Assembly (NCBI GenBank): GCA_038321985.1
Contig: JBBQFN010000004.1
Span: 295,758-359,757, forward strand
Length of the DNA: 64,000 nt
Direction of reading: 5' to 3'
Source: Cyanophyceae cyanobacterium
Lineage (GTDB): Bacteria; Cyanobacteriota; Cyanobacteriia; Cyanobacteriales; Laspinemataceae
A program made the translations under genes and the position numbers. Shown here piece after piece: positions 9,809-19,498 of this stretch; position 1 is the stretch's first letter; each line of letters opens with the position of its first letter. The notes beneath the pieces are model-generated. The model had not been told where the DNA came from. It searched no databases and saw only the letters and a list, made by a program, of their open reading frames with translations.

Positions 9809-11038
9809 TTAATGCAAAATGACTTCCATTGCGGGAGGGTTAGGACGGGTAAAAGGTGCTGCAAAAGCGCGAGAAAGGGCCTGTTTTTGAGTCTTTAGAT
9901 AACGGGGAATAGAACTTGCTGCCATAATAGACATTTCCCGGTTGCTTTTCCAAGCATAGCCCACTTTTTCGAGGTAGACTTGATAAGAGGCAGTCGCCTC
10001 TTGATGGGTTTGATAGCTGCGATGCAGTCCTGCGGTTTCTTGGGTAAAGCAATCATGCATCATCTGTTTGGCATCGCCATCACTCATAGAAAATACGGGC
10101 GATCGCAGCAGTTGATAAATAGCGGAATAAAGGGCTGGATCGTACCAAAATATCCCGTTAATCGCCACGGAAAAATGAGCATGATCTTTCTGACATCCTC
10201 GCAAACCCAAGTTGGCGACAAAGGTCTCGAATTGGGTCGGCTTCTTCAAACAATTTACCACTTCATGGGACAAGAGGGTAGAACTATTAAAATGAAAACT
10301 CTCATCTAAAAAATGATAATAAGAAATTTTAGAGGGAATGGGAGCATTTTCTTGATCTGGATGGTTTTGATAATATTGGCTGAGTTTATGCTGAACCAAT
10401 TTTCCGTTTAACGTTCGGATTCCCCGGACGGTAAAATATTGACAAGCTAAAAAAGTATTCCCGGAAGAAAGCATCCCAAAGCATCGCAGTTGTAATTCTT
10501 TCCACCAAGATTTAAGGGCGTTGGTATCGGCATAAACCATGGTTTCATTATAAGGTCCTCGCATCGGGTAGGTAAAGAGGCGCTTGCCAAACAATGCCGC
10601 TTCTACCTGTTCTGAAATGGTTTTAAATGCATTAATATGCCCCCGTTCTTGGGCCGATTCTAAGTCAAGCATATCACAGACTAACCGGAAGTCTTCCTGA
10701 GCATAAAGTCCGGCGGCGCTGGTTTGATTAAACAGGATAGTGGCAATTTCTGCGGAGATGATTTGGGAGTAATAGGCTACCCAGTATAAGTGATTAAGAA
10801 TTAGGCGTTGACTAGGGGTGGATTGGTCCCATAAAGGAGTGCCGTAGAGGAGGGAAAATTCTTCGGGGTTCCAGTATTCATTCTGACAATCCGTATAGTA
10901 GAAAGCGCTGGCTGCTTGGTCGATCGCTTCGGTTTGATCCTGTTGTTTGTTGCGGTGGTAATTAAGTTTGAGTTTTCGGTAGATTTTTTCGTGTTCTAGG
11001 AGGCTGTTAGGTTTGGGTTCGTTGAAAATGTTGTTCAT
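9809..11038 (-). CDS. CylC/AurF-like dimetal-carboxylate enzyme (putative alkyl halogenase)
   Basis: Ferritin-like ligand pattern SAEIAT ... ESAQERGH ... FLDESFH. The segment SLLYGTPLW...LNHLYWVAYYSQIISAEIAT resembles cyanobacterial CylC homologs, and the Rieske/desaturase context fits. Start is either ATG 11038 or GTG 11071. Confidence 0.75.
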   Translation of the reverse strand: MNNIFNEPKPNSLLEHEKIYRKLKLNYHRNKQQDQTEAIDQAASAFYYTDCQNEYWNPEEFSLLYGTPLWDQSTPSQRLILNHLYWVAYYSQIISAEIATILFNQTSAAGLYAQEDFRLVCDMLDLESAQERGHINAFKTISEQVEAALFGKRLFTYPMRGPYNETMVYADTNALKSWWKELQLRCFGMLSSGNTFLACQYFTVRGIRTLNGKLVQHKLSQYYQNHPDQENAPIPSKISYYHFLDESFHFNSSTLLSHEVVNCLKKPTQFETFVANLGLRGCQKDHAHFSVAINGIFWYDPALYSAIYQLLRSPVFSMSDGDAKQMMHDCFTQETAGLHRSYQTHQEATASYQVYLEKVGYAWKSNREMSIMAASSIPRYLKTQKQALSRAFAAPFTRPNPPAMEVILH

Positions 11039-11106
11039 AATGAGGATGAATGAGGGATAGGGGATAACCACACGAAGTCATTAATACCAAATAAAGATAA
11101 TTTTTA

Positions 11107-12030
11107 TTAAAAGACGCATTTTTCGGGGGGAAAAGGATTGAAGGATCCTTGTGTTTCTAGGTGATTAATGATAGAATAAGTGGGGTCAGAACGGAGGAGC
11201 GATCGCAGTAATTGGAGACGACTACCGCTATGGGTTTCAGTGTCTAATTCCTGGAATATTTTGATTTGTTGCGGACGGGATAAATCGCCTTTAACTTGGG
11301 CGATCGCCTGAACGACTCGTTGGGGTCCTGCTTGTACCATCTGCAAAAATAAAGTGAGTGTTTCCACGATCGCACTTTGGGATTGGGGAGTGAGGGACTG
11401 GCGATCGCACAAGGTGACTCCGGTACTGTGATGTCGCGCTTCAGCGTCGAGAAATCCTTGAAACATCTGCGCTAATTCGCGATCGCAACAATCTTTAGCC
11501 AGACTCCGATAATGGCTGAGTCCCCATCCTTCTAGGACCACCTGAATCATAAATACCAAGACGCTTTTATCCTGCATCTCCACGATTTCAGCGAGTAACC
11601 CTAAAAAGCGATCGCCCGTTGCTACGGGGTCACGACTGCCTAAAAAGGGACGGATTTGGGCTAAATGGGTGGCTTCATCCGCAGCAAATAAAGCATACAG
11701 CATCCGTTCTTCCGTGGTTTCTGCCAGCATGACCATTTTTGCCATGTATCCCACTCCCGCTTTTTCTACAAAGTAGGCTTCCTGTAGGAGTGTATTGCTA
11801 CATTGATGTAAAATTTGCTGCTGTTCTTCTGCGGTAGATTCCTGAAAAATTTTAACCCGATCTAAGCCAAAATAAGATGAATTCCAATAAGCAGGAGTAA
11901 TTGCCTCAAAGAGGAATGAAGAATTGCCGATTCTGCTTTTTAAGGCAGCAGAAAGGAGGCGATGCAATTTATCGCCCTCCCTAACATGAGGTAAGTCAAA
12001 CCGGGCTGTACTAAATAAAGATTGACTCAT
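11107..12030 (-). CDS. Ferritin-like diiron carboxylate protein
   Basis: Complete E...ExxH...E...ExxH pattern: YFVEKAG, ADEATH, VVLEGWG, DAEARH. Confidence 0.85.
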   Translation of the reverse strand: MSQSLFSTARFDLPHVREGDKLHRLLSAALKSRIGNSSFLFEAITPAYWNSSYFGLDRVKIFQESTAEEQQQILHQCSNTLLQEAYFVEKAGVGYMAKMVMLAETTEERMLYALFAADEATHLAQIRPFLGSRDPVATGDRFLGLLAEIVEMQDKSVLVFMIQVVLEGWGLSHYRSLAKDCCDRELAQMFQGFLDAEARHHSTGVTLCDRQSLTPQSQSAIVETLTLFLQMVQAGPQRVVQAIAQVKGDLSRPQQIKIFQELDTETHSGSRLQLLRSLLRSDPTYSIINHLETQGSFNPFPPEKCVF

Positions 12031-12098
12031 CGGTGACTCCGTGGCAACCGTTCCGTTATGGCATAGTATAGCCTAGGTTTTTCCCGGAGTCATCCCGA

Positions 12099-13160
12099 CT
12101 ATGACAGATGATCGACTGTCTCCCATGTCTCCCATTTCAGCGGTTTTTGTGTTTCTACTTGTTCGATAAATTCAATAATTGATTTATCGGCTACGGTGGG
12201 CGTTTTTAAATCAAATTTAATAGTTTCAAAAAGTTGGGTATCTCCTTTGGCAAAATAATTTCCCACCTGCAAGGTTATCCATAGCACAATTTTATTAACC
12301 AGCCATCCCCATAAACCAGAGCGTTTTTCAGTAATTACGATAGTTTCTCCTTCGGCTTTCCCCTCGGCTTTTAAGCGGATACTAAACATGATATGAAAGT
12401 GGAAAAAATCTGGCCCTACAGTGACAGTGCCCGTGCTGCCATACCAATAACACATTTTGTAGGTAATTTCATTTTTATAAAAAGGGCGAATTAATTTGAC
12501 AAACCAAGATAAGTTTCCCCCTCGGGTGAGGTTCCGAAAAATAATGGCGTTTTCGTTGAAAGTTTCTTTCTCAAATTCCACTTCAACGGGTAGGTTATGA
12601 ACGGTATTAAAATGATGGGCGTCAATCGCATTAATTAACACAACATTGGGATGACAGCTTTTGTGAAACCCTAAACCAAAGGCAGCCTCGCAATCTTTCC
12701 CTTCTAGTTCGGGAACAAAGGGGACAGGATGGCGGGGACTATCGCCGGTCCAAACCCAGACTAACCCATAGTTTTCAGCGGTGGGCCAGGACTGGACTTT
12801 TGCAGGAATTGTTCTTTCTAGGGCCGGACTTTCTACACATTGACCGCACTCATCATATTTCCAATTATGGAAAAAACAGCGCAATCCTTTCCCCTCAACT
12901 TTGCCTTCAGCAAGGTGAGCGCCCATGTGGGGACAGTATGCATCTAAGGCGACAACTTTGCCATCGGTTCCGCGATAAATTGCCAGGTTCCGACCTTGTA
13001 AAATGATCGGTTTGACCTGACCGATTTTGAGGTCTTTGGACCGGAGAGCCCAGTACCATCCCTCGATGAATCGTTCGGGATTATTAAAGGTTTTTGCTTG
13101 GCGAACGGTTCGCAGGATTTTCGCTAAGTCTGAAAGGGGTTGAGACTCAAATTGAAGCAC
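12099..13160 (-). CDS. Rieske non-heme iron oxygenase (no. 1)
   Basis: CPHMGAHL...CFFHNW and NAIDAHHFNTVH. GTG start with a purine-rich SD. Confidence 0.92.
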   Translation of the reverse strand: MLQFESQPLSDLAKILRTVRQAKTFNNPERFIEGWYWALRSKDLKIGQVKPIILQGRNLAIYRGTDGKVVALDAYCPHMGAHLAEGKVEGKGLRCFFHNWKYDECGQCVESPALERTIPAKVQSWPTAENYGLVWVWTGDSPRHPVPFVPELEGKDCEAAFGLGFHKSCHPNVVLINAIDAHHFNTVHNLPVEVEFEKETFNENAIIFRNLTRGGNLSWFVKLIRPFYKNEITYKMCYWYGSTGTVTVGPDFFHFHIMFSIRLKAEGKAEGETIVITEKRSGLWGWLVNKIVLWITLQVGNYFAKGDTQLFETIKFDLKTPTVADKSIIEFIEQVETQKPLKWETWETVDHLS

Positions 13161-13591
13161 TGGATTTCCTTCCCTTCAGTAGGGGTTTAAAAAAGTTGAT
13201 CGAGCTTTTATCTCGATTATAACAAACCTCAAAGTCCCTAAATGCTTGGAAATTTGAAGCGGTAATTTGCTTATGGACTGATTAAAACAAGTTAAGGGGA
13301 CTGTTGCGATCGCCGCCGCAGACAGATAATAAACTGGCCCAAAACCCAGTCTATTCTCCGATTCTACTGGTGTTATTGTGAATATGCCTAAACGAAAAAG
13401 AGCGATAAAAATGAGAGTCTCTATGGTTTGGATCACTAACAAGTTAAACGGTTCGAGAGTTTGTTCAGAGCCCAGGGCCCAAAGCCAATCCTCCTGTCTA
13501 GGTAAATTTTACTTAAGAAAAAATTCCTCATCTCAACCGCTGGACTGGAGAGATAGGGGAACAATGGATATCCGCTGTACCGATCACAGGG

Positions 13592-13972
13592 CTAGGTTAG
13601 TAAGGGATTGGCATCCATTGTTTTGTTTTTATGATATTCAAAGCAAAAAATTTCTTCGCGATCGCGCCAAACAACCGATTGAACTTGGGACTCGGAAATG
13701 GTAAACCAGCCATTATCCAACAACATAAACATTCCTTGTACAAACCGAGGATCGTTCATCGTTGCAGTGTATTGTTGGAACAGGGCGAGCTCTTGGTCCC
13801 AGGTCAACCCGGCGCGGTTCACGCGAAAGGCGGGTTCAATATCCAGCAACTCGCCGGTGTAAGCATCGTAGATTTCCAGGAAATCGTCAGGAGTAAAACC
13901 AAAGGTAGGCACTCCCTGGGGCAACAGTTCTTGGAACTCGTGATTTGGGACAGTGAGGTAAGCGTAATACAT
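13592..13972 (-). CDS. Hypothetical protein, about 126 aa
   Basis: Open frame with SD GGAGG about 7 nt upstream of ATG 13972. No motif recognised. Confidence 0.6.
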   Translation of the reverse strand: MYYAYLTVPNHEFQELLPQGVPTFGFTPDDFLEIYDAYTGELLDIEPAFRVNRAGLTWDQELALFQQYTATMNDPRFVQGMFMLLDNGWFTISESQVQSVVWRDREEIFCFEYHKNKTMDANPLLT

Positions 13973-14377
13973 CAGCACCCTCCCAGGTGTACTGTATATG
14001 ATAGTATCCGCGATCGCCGATACCTTTTATGACCTAGGAGACCTCAATAAGTCATGAAATTTTGACATTGGGCTCCGGGGACGGCGATCGCTGATGACTT
14101 TTTATTACTTTTGCTGACCCAGGAGATCCGGAGAGAAAAAAATTTTTTCCAACTCCTCGGGGAGATTTTAAAATAAATTATCTTGGCAATTGTCTATTGT
14201 CAATTAGTAATTTCTTATTCATTGTTTTGGGACCTCTTCCATTCAAGTCTGGTAAATCGGAAGTCCTTCTATTCCTAACCCCTGTGCGCCCTAGGCTGCC
14301 TCAGCAACCTGATATAATACAAATTAATAGTTATTAACCCGGACTTTCCCTTTTTCTTTATTAAAACTTCAAACTTT

Positions 14378-15775
14378 ATGCAAGAAACTCCTATCAATTT
14401 TGAAGAAGCATTCAAAATAGCCGATCAGGTAATTTTTGCCAAGACAGGAAAGCATATCACAGATATTGAAATGATGATTTTTAGGGGGGCTTGGCAAGAT
14501 AAAACTTATGAAGAAATTGCGAAAAATACGGAATATGCAGCTAATTATCTGCATCGGATGGTTGGCAAAGACTTCTGGCAGCGATTATCGGATTCTTTAG
14601 GGGAGAAAGTTAGTAAAAAAAACTTTAAAACGGCTTTAGAACGACAGTGGAAAGCCACTTTAAATGATTCTCCAGCCCGAGAATTAGAAGTTTTTGAAAT
14701 TCTGGGGTTACCTACCTCAGAAGCGATAAAAGGACCGATTCTAGACTGTTCAGAAGGAGCAGTTCCTCTCAATTCGCGGTTTTATGTGCAGCGTCCACCG
14801 ATAGAAACGCGATGTCAAGGGGAGATCGCCCAAGCAGGGGCTTTAATTCGGATTAAAGCCCCGCAACAAATGGGCAAAACATCCCTGCTGGATCGCATCT
14901 TAGAAGTTGCCAGAATTTCCAATTATCGCACAGTTACTTTAAGTTTTGATTTAGCAGATAGTACAGTTTTTGCCGACCTCCGTACCTTCTTGCAGTGGTT
15001 TTGTGCGAGTGTGGGTCAATTAGCGGGATTGCCCAATCAATTATCTAGCTATTGGGACGATATTTTTGGTTGTAATAATAATTGTACGGTTTATTTTGAA
15101 CAGTATATTTTATCGGAATTAGCCACGCCTTTAGTATTAGCTTTAGATAAAGTTGATGTGGTATTTGAACATCCGGAAATTGCTAACGATTTTTGTCGCT
15201 TATTACGCGCTTGGTATGATATTGCCAGACGTAGCGATCGCCGGGGTGATATTTGGAAACAACTGCGATTAATTGTGGTGCATTCCACGGAAGTTTATAG
15301 CGCCCTGGACATCAATCATTCCCCCCTTGCCAATGTTGGGGCAGTTTTTCCATTACCGGAATTTACAGCGGCACAGGTGCAGGATTTGGCCCAACGCTAT
15401 GGATTAAATTGGGATTTGGATCGAGAAGTTAGGCATCTCATGGCTGCGATCGGAGGACATCCCTATTTACTACGAAAATCCTTGGATTTTTTGTGTCGTC
15501 AACCGATGAGTTTAGACGAATTTTCTCAGATTGCGGCTACAGAAGAAGGGCCATTTAGTGACCATCTCCGCCAACATTTATGGAATCTCCAACACCATCC
15601 CGAGTTAGCTGCCGCTTTCCGGGATGTGGTTATGGCAAATAAGCCGGTTAAGATTCCTTCGGAACGAGCTTTTAAGTTATATAGTATGGGATTGGTACGA
15701 TTGCATGATAATAATGTAACCCCTCGGTTTGAATTGTATCAGCAGTATTTTTCGGTGCGTCTGGCAGTGACTTAA
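14378..15775 (+). CDS. AAA_35-type P-loop NTPase with N-terminal HTH-like domain
   Basis: N-terminal LTDIE-like/YEEIA/LWxxLSxxLGEKVSKKNF helical module, Walker A-like APQQMGKTS, Walker B LVLALDKVD, and GGHPYL. Confidence 0.85.
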   Translation: MQETPINFEEAFKIADQVIFAKTGKHITDIEMMIFRGAWQDKTYEEIAKNTEYAANYLHRMVGKDFWQRLSDSLGEKVSKKNFKTALERQWKATLNDSPARELEVFEILGLPTSEAIKGPILDCSEGAVPLNSRFYVQRPPIETRCQGEIAQAGALIRIKAPQQMGKTSLLDRILEVARISNYRTVTLSFDLADSTVFADLRTFLQWFCASVGQLAGLPNQLSSYWDDIFGCNNNCTVYFEQYILSELATPLVLALDKVDVVFEHPEIANDFCRLLRAWYDIARRSDRRGDIWKQLRLIVVHSTEVYSALDINHSPLANVGAVFPLPEFTAAQVQDLAQRYGLNWDLDREVRHLMAAIGGHPYLLRKSLDFLCRQPMSLDEFSQIAATEEGPFSDHLRQHLWNLQHHPELAAAFRDVVMANKPVKIPSERAFKLYSMGLVRLHDNNVTPRFELYQQYFSVRLAVT

Positions 15776-15910
15776 TTATAAGTTGCCCGCACCTTTAAGG
15801 GTAGAAGTTCACAGAAAAATCTGGGCAGGTGTGGGCTAATAAAATCAGTATATTTCTTTAATTTCTCCAAAGATACAGTTAGAAAAATAAATTATTTATC
15901 CTAGATTTTA

Positions 15911-18900
15911 ATGATTGAATTTATTATGAAAGACTCCTATATTTTCTCTGGCACCTTGCCTGAAAATGCTTCTACTTATGTGATTAGAAAAGCGGACTCT
16001 GACCTTTACCAGGGGTTAAAATCGGGACAGTTTTGTTATGTTTTGAATTCTCGACAAACGGGTAAATCTAGTTTGCGGGTGCAGGTGATGCGCCAGTTAA
16101 AAGAAGAAGGGGTTGCCTGTAGTGTGATTGATATTTCTATGGACAATATCCAGCAGGGGACCTCGAATCAATGGTATGCGAATATGCTTCGCAGTCTAAC
16201 CCTGGATTTGCAGCTTGAGGTAAATCTGGGGTCTTGGTGGCGCGATCGCGACTGGTTATCCCCCTTGGGGCGATTTCGGGAATTTATCGAAACGGTTGTT
16301 TTGGTGCAAATCCCGGGAACAATTGTGATTTTTATTGATGAAATTGATAGTATCCTGAGTTTAAATTTTCCAACCGATGATTTTTTTGCGTTTATTCGTG
16401 CCTGTTACAATCAACGGGCGCATCATCATCCTTACAATCGCCTAACGTTTTGTTTGTTGGGTGTGGCAACGCCCTCAGATTTAATCGCCGACAAACAGCG
16501 AACTCCTTTTAATATTGGACAGGCGATCGCCTTGAATGGGTTTACTTTAGCCGAAGCAAACCCGGCTTTAATTCCCGGATTATCTCCCCATTTTGACAAT
16601 CCGGAAGGGGTTTTACAGGAAATCTTAGACTGGACAGGGGGGCAACCCTTTTTAACTCAGAAATTATGTAAATTGGTGGTGGATAAAGCCGAAACTTCTT
16701 CCCCGGATGTTACGGCTTTAATTCAAACCTACCTTCTGGAAAATTGGGAATCTCAGGACGAACCGGACCATTTAAAAACCATCCGCGATCGCCTCCTCAG
16801 TGACGAGAACCGTACCCCAAGACGATTAGGGCTATATCAGAAAATTTTAGCCGCAAAAAATGAAGGTTATCCCGCCGATAATAGCGCGGAACAAACCCAA
16901 TTGCGGCTATCGGGGTTAGTCGTCAAACAAAATGGCAACTTAAGGGTTTTTAACCGGATTTATCAACAGATTTTCGACACCCAATGGATTGAGAACCAGT
17001 TGGCCCATTTACGGCCCTATTCCGAGGCGATCGCCGCGTGGTGGGAGAGTGGCGGTGAAGATTCATCTCGATTATTGCGGGGACAGGCGTTACAGGATGC
17101 CCTTACCTGGGCCGCGGATAAAAGTTTAAGCGATCGCGACTATCAATTTTTATCCGCTAGCCAAAATAGCGAGAAAAAATCCCTGGAATTAGCAAAACTT
17201 GAAACTGAAATTACCTTAGAAGCAGAACGCAAAGGCAAGCAAATTTTAGATACCGCTTACCAAAAAGCCCAACGGGTTATTACCCTGGGATTGGTTGGAC
17301 TCTGTGCCATTTCCCTGGTATCCTTTACTATTATTTCTTGGGCTAACTCCCAAAAACGAGAAGCAGAAATTGCTGAAATAAAAGCCCTAAACTCAGCCTC
17401 TAGAATTCGCAATTCTTCCAACGAAAAACTCGAAGCCTTAGTTAATGCAATTCGCGCCGGTCGTAAATTACAATCTCATTGGGCCATTCCAGAATTAATG
17501 ACTCCGGCAGTCGTGAATTTAGAAACCATTCTTGCCAATCTTCAAGAACAGAATAGTTTAAATCGGCATCGGGGATGGGTTTGGGATATTGCCTGGTCTC
17601 CAGATGGTAAAATGATTGCCACTGCTAGCGCCGATGGTACTGCAATTTTGTGGAGTGCCAGAGGGGAATTATTGCATACCTTAGAACATGGCGATCGCGT
17701 TTATGGACTGAGTTTTTCTCCCGACGGACAAACCCTTGCCACCACCAGCGCTAACCATACGGTCAAACTGTGGAAAATCGACGGTACACTGCTTCATACC
17801 CTCCGTGGACATCAAGCTAGTGTTTTTGCCGTGAGTTTCAGTCCTAAAAATGGTTTATTTGTGACCGGAAGTAAAGATAAAACTGCCAAATTGTGGCGCA
17901 TGGAACCGAACTCTCAAACGCCACCGACTCTCGTGCAAACCCTCACAGGACATACTCAGGATGTGTCTGATGTTAGTTTTTCTCCCGACGGTCAAATTCT
18001 CGCCACCGCCAGTTATGACAATCAAGTAAAACTCTGGCAAATTGACACTAAAGAAAAAGCGGAATTATTAACCACCCTCACCGGACATCAAAACGGCGTT
18101 TCTACCGTGAATTTTTCTCCCAATGGTCAAATTTTGGCAACTGCCAGTGGCGATGGCATGGTGAAACTCTGGACTCGTGAGGGAAAATTGCTCAAATCCT
18201 TTCGAGCTCATAATAATGTCGTGACTCGGGTCATTTGGTCCCCCGATGGCAATCTTTTAGGGACGGCGAGTGAGGACCACAGCGTTAAACTTTGGAGTGT
18301 TTTTGATAGTACCTTGCTCAAAACCCTTGACACTCATAGTGCTGCTGTATGGGATATCGCCTGGTCCCCCGATGGCAAAACTTTAGCTTCAGCCAGTGGG
18401 GATAATACGACAATGTTATGGAATCCTGAAATTCGGTTAATCGAGGTATTTCAGGGACATCGAGATTTGGTGAATACCGTGAGCTTTTCCCCAGATGGGG
18501 AGATTTTGGCTTCTGGGAGTCGGGATAATACGGTGCAACTGTGGCAACAGAACGGTACCTTAGTGCAAACCCTGCGAGGACATCGGGATTGGGTACAGGG
18601 AGTGGCATTTTCTCCCGATGGAGAGGCGATCGCCTCCGCGAGTAAAGATAAAACCCTCAAACTTTGGGACCGAGAGGGGAAAGTTCGGCATACCCTGCGG
18701 GGACATTCGGATTTAGTGCAGAGTGTAAATTTTTCTCCAAAAGGCGATCGCCTTGTTTCTGGCAGTTGGGATGGTACTGTCAAAGTCTGGAGTCAAAATG
18801 GCGCTCTTCTGGCGACTTTAAACGGCCATCAAGGACGAGTGTTTGAGGTTAAATTCAGTCCCGATGGCAATTTTATTGCCTCAACCAGTGCCGACAAAAC

Positions 18901-19426
18901 TGTAAAATTGTGGCATAGCGATCGCTTTACCTTAGCTGCTACCTTAGAGGGACATTTCGATGAAGTCAATAGCGTGAGTTTTTCTCCCGATGGCGAGGCG
19001 ATCGCCACGGCTAGTGATGATAATACCGTTAAAATCTGGACTCGTACCGGACAACTTGTCACCACCTTAGAGGGACATCAAGATAAAGTGCTTTGGGTCA
19101 GTTTTTCCTCAGATGGGAATATTTTGGCTTCTGCCAGCGACGATCGCACGGTTAAAATTTGGAGTCGCAAAGGTCGCCTATTAACCACCTTAGAGGGACA
19201 TCAAAACCGGATTGCCGGGGGTAGTTTTAGTCCAAATAGCCAGATTTTAGCCTCCGCCAGTTGGGATCAAACGGTGAAACTGTGGACAATTGCAGACCTT
19301 TCTGGGGATACTTTCGACGGTGAGGGCGATCGGGCTAAATTAGAGAAACTCCTAACCTTAGCCTGCGATCGGTTACATAACTATGTAACCTACACCCTAC
19401 AATCTTCCCTTTGCCAAGGCGAATAA
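15911..19426 (+). CDS. AAA_35 NTPase - transmembrane helix - 14 WD40 repeats
   Basis: NSRQTGKSS, VIFIDEID and WTGGQPFLTQKLC, then hydrophobic helix VITLGLVGLCAISLVSFTIISWA, then 14 repeats of GH...SP(D/N/K)G...SxDxTVKLW. Confidence 0.92.
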   Translation: MIEFIMKDSYIFSGTLPENASTYVIRKADSDLYQGLKSGQFCYVLNSRQTGKSSLRVQVMRQLKEEGVACSVIDISMDNIQQGTSNQWYANMLRSLTLDLQLEVNLGSWWRDRDWLSPLGRFREFIETVVLVQIPGTIVIFIDEIDSILSLNFPTDDFFAFIRACYNQRAHHHPYNRLTFCLLGVATPSDLIADKQRTPFNIGQAIALNGFTLAEANPALIPGLSPHFDNPEGVLQEILDWTGGQPFLTQKLCKLVVDKAETSSPDVTALIQTYLLENWESQDEPDHLKTIRDRLLSDENRTPRRLGLYQKILAAKNEGYPADNSAEQTQLRLSGLVVKQNGNLRVFNRIYQQIFDTQWIENQLAHLRPYSEAIAAWWESGGEDSSRLLRGQALQDALTWAADKSLSDRDYQFLSASQNSEKKSLELAKLETEITLEAERKGKQILDTAYQKAQRVITLGLVGLCAISLVSFTIISWANSQKREAEIAEIKALNSASRIRNSSNEKLEALVNAIRAGRKLQSHWAIPELMTPAVVNLETILANLQEQNSLNRHRGWVWDIAWSPDGKMIATASADGTAILWSARGELLHTLEHGDRVYGLSFSPDGQTLATTSANHTVKLWKIDGTLLHTLRGHQASVFAVSFSPKNGLFVTGSKDKTAKLWRMEPNSQTPPTLVQTLTGHTQDVSDVSFSPDGQILATASYDNQVKLWQIDTKEKAELLTTLTGHQNGVSTVNFSPNGQILATASGDGMVKLWTREGKLLKSFRAHNNVVTRVIWSPDGNLLGTASEDHSVKLWSVFDSTLLKTLDTHSAAVWDIAWSPDGKTLASASGDNTTMLWNPEIRLIEVFQGHRDLVNTVSFSPDGEILASGSRDNTVQLWQQNGTLVQTLRGHRDWVQGVAFSPDGEAIASASKDKTLKLWDREGKVRHTLRGHSDLVQSVNFSPKGDRLVSGSWDGTVKVWSQNGALLATLNGHQGRVFEVKFSPDGNFIASTSADKTVKLWHSDRFTLAATLEGHFDEVNSVSFSPDGEAIATASDDNTVKIWTRTGQLVTTLEGHQDKVLWVSFSSDGNILASASDDRTVKIWSRKGRLLTTLEGHQNRIAGGSFSPNSQILASASWDQTVKLWTIADLSGDTFDGEGDRAKLEKLLTLACDRLHNYVTYTLQSSLCQGE

Positions 19427-19450
19427 ATTTATCATTCTCTTCCCTTGTTA

Positions 19451-19471
19451 GTAGTAACGACTTTAGCCGTT
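19451..19471 (+). repeat. GTAG-initiated REP-like hairpin
   Basis: GTAGTAACGAC-TTTA-GCCGTT between convergent genes. Same core as 35674-35700. Confidence 0.55.
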
Positions 19472-19498
19472 CTTTTCCTAAAATAGGGTAGAATAAAT

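Noticed and set aside
17560..19290. Regularly spaced repeats suggesting a CRISPR array or DGR template
   Set aside because: They are degenerate in-frame WD40 coding repeats. No identical direct repeats with spacers, no cas genes and no reverse transcriptase.
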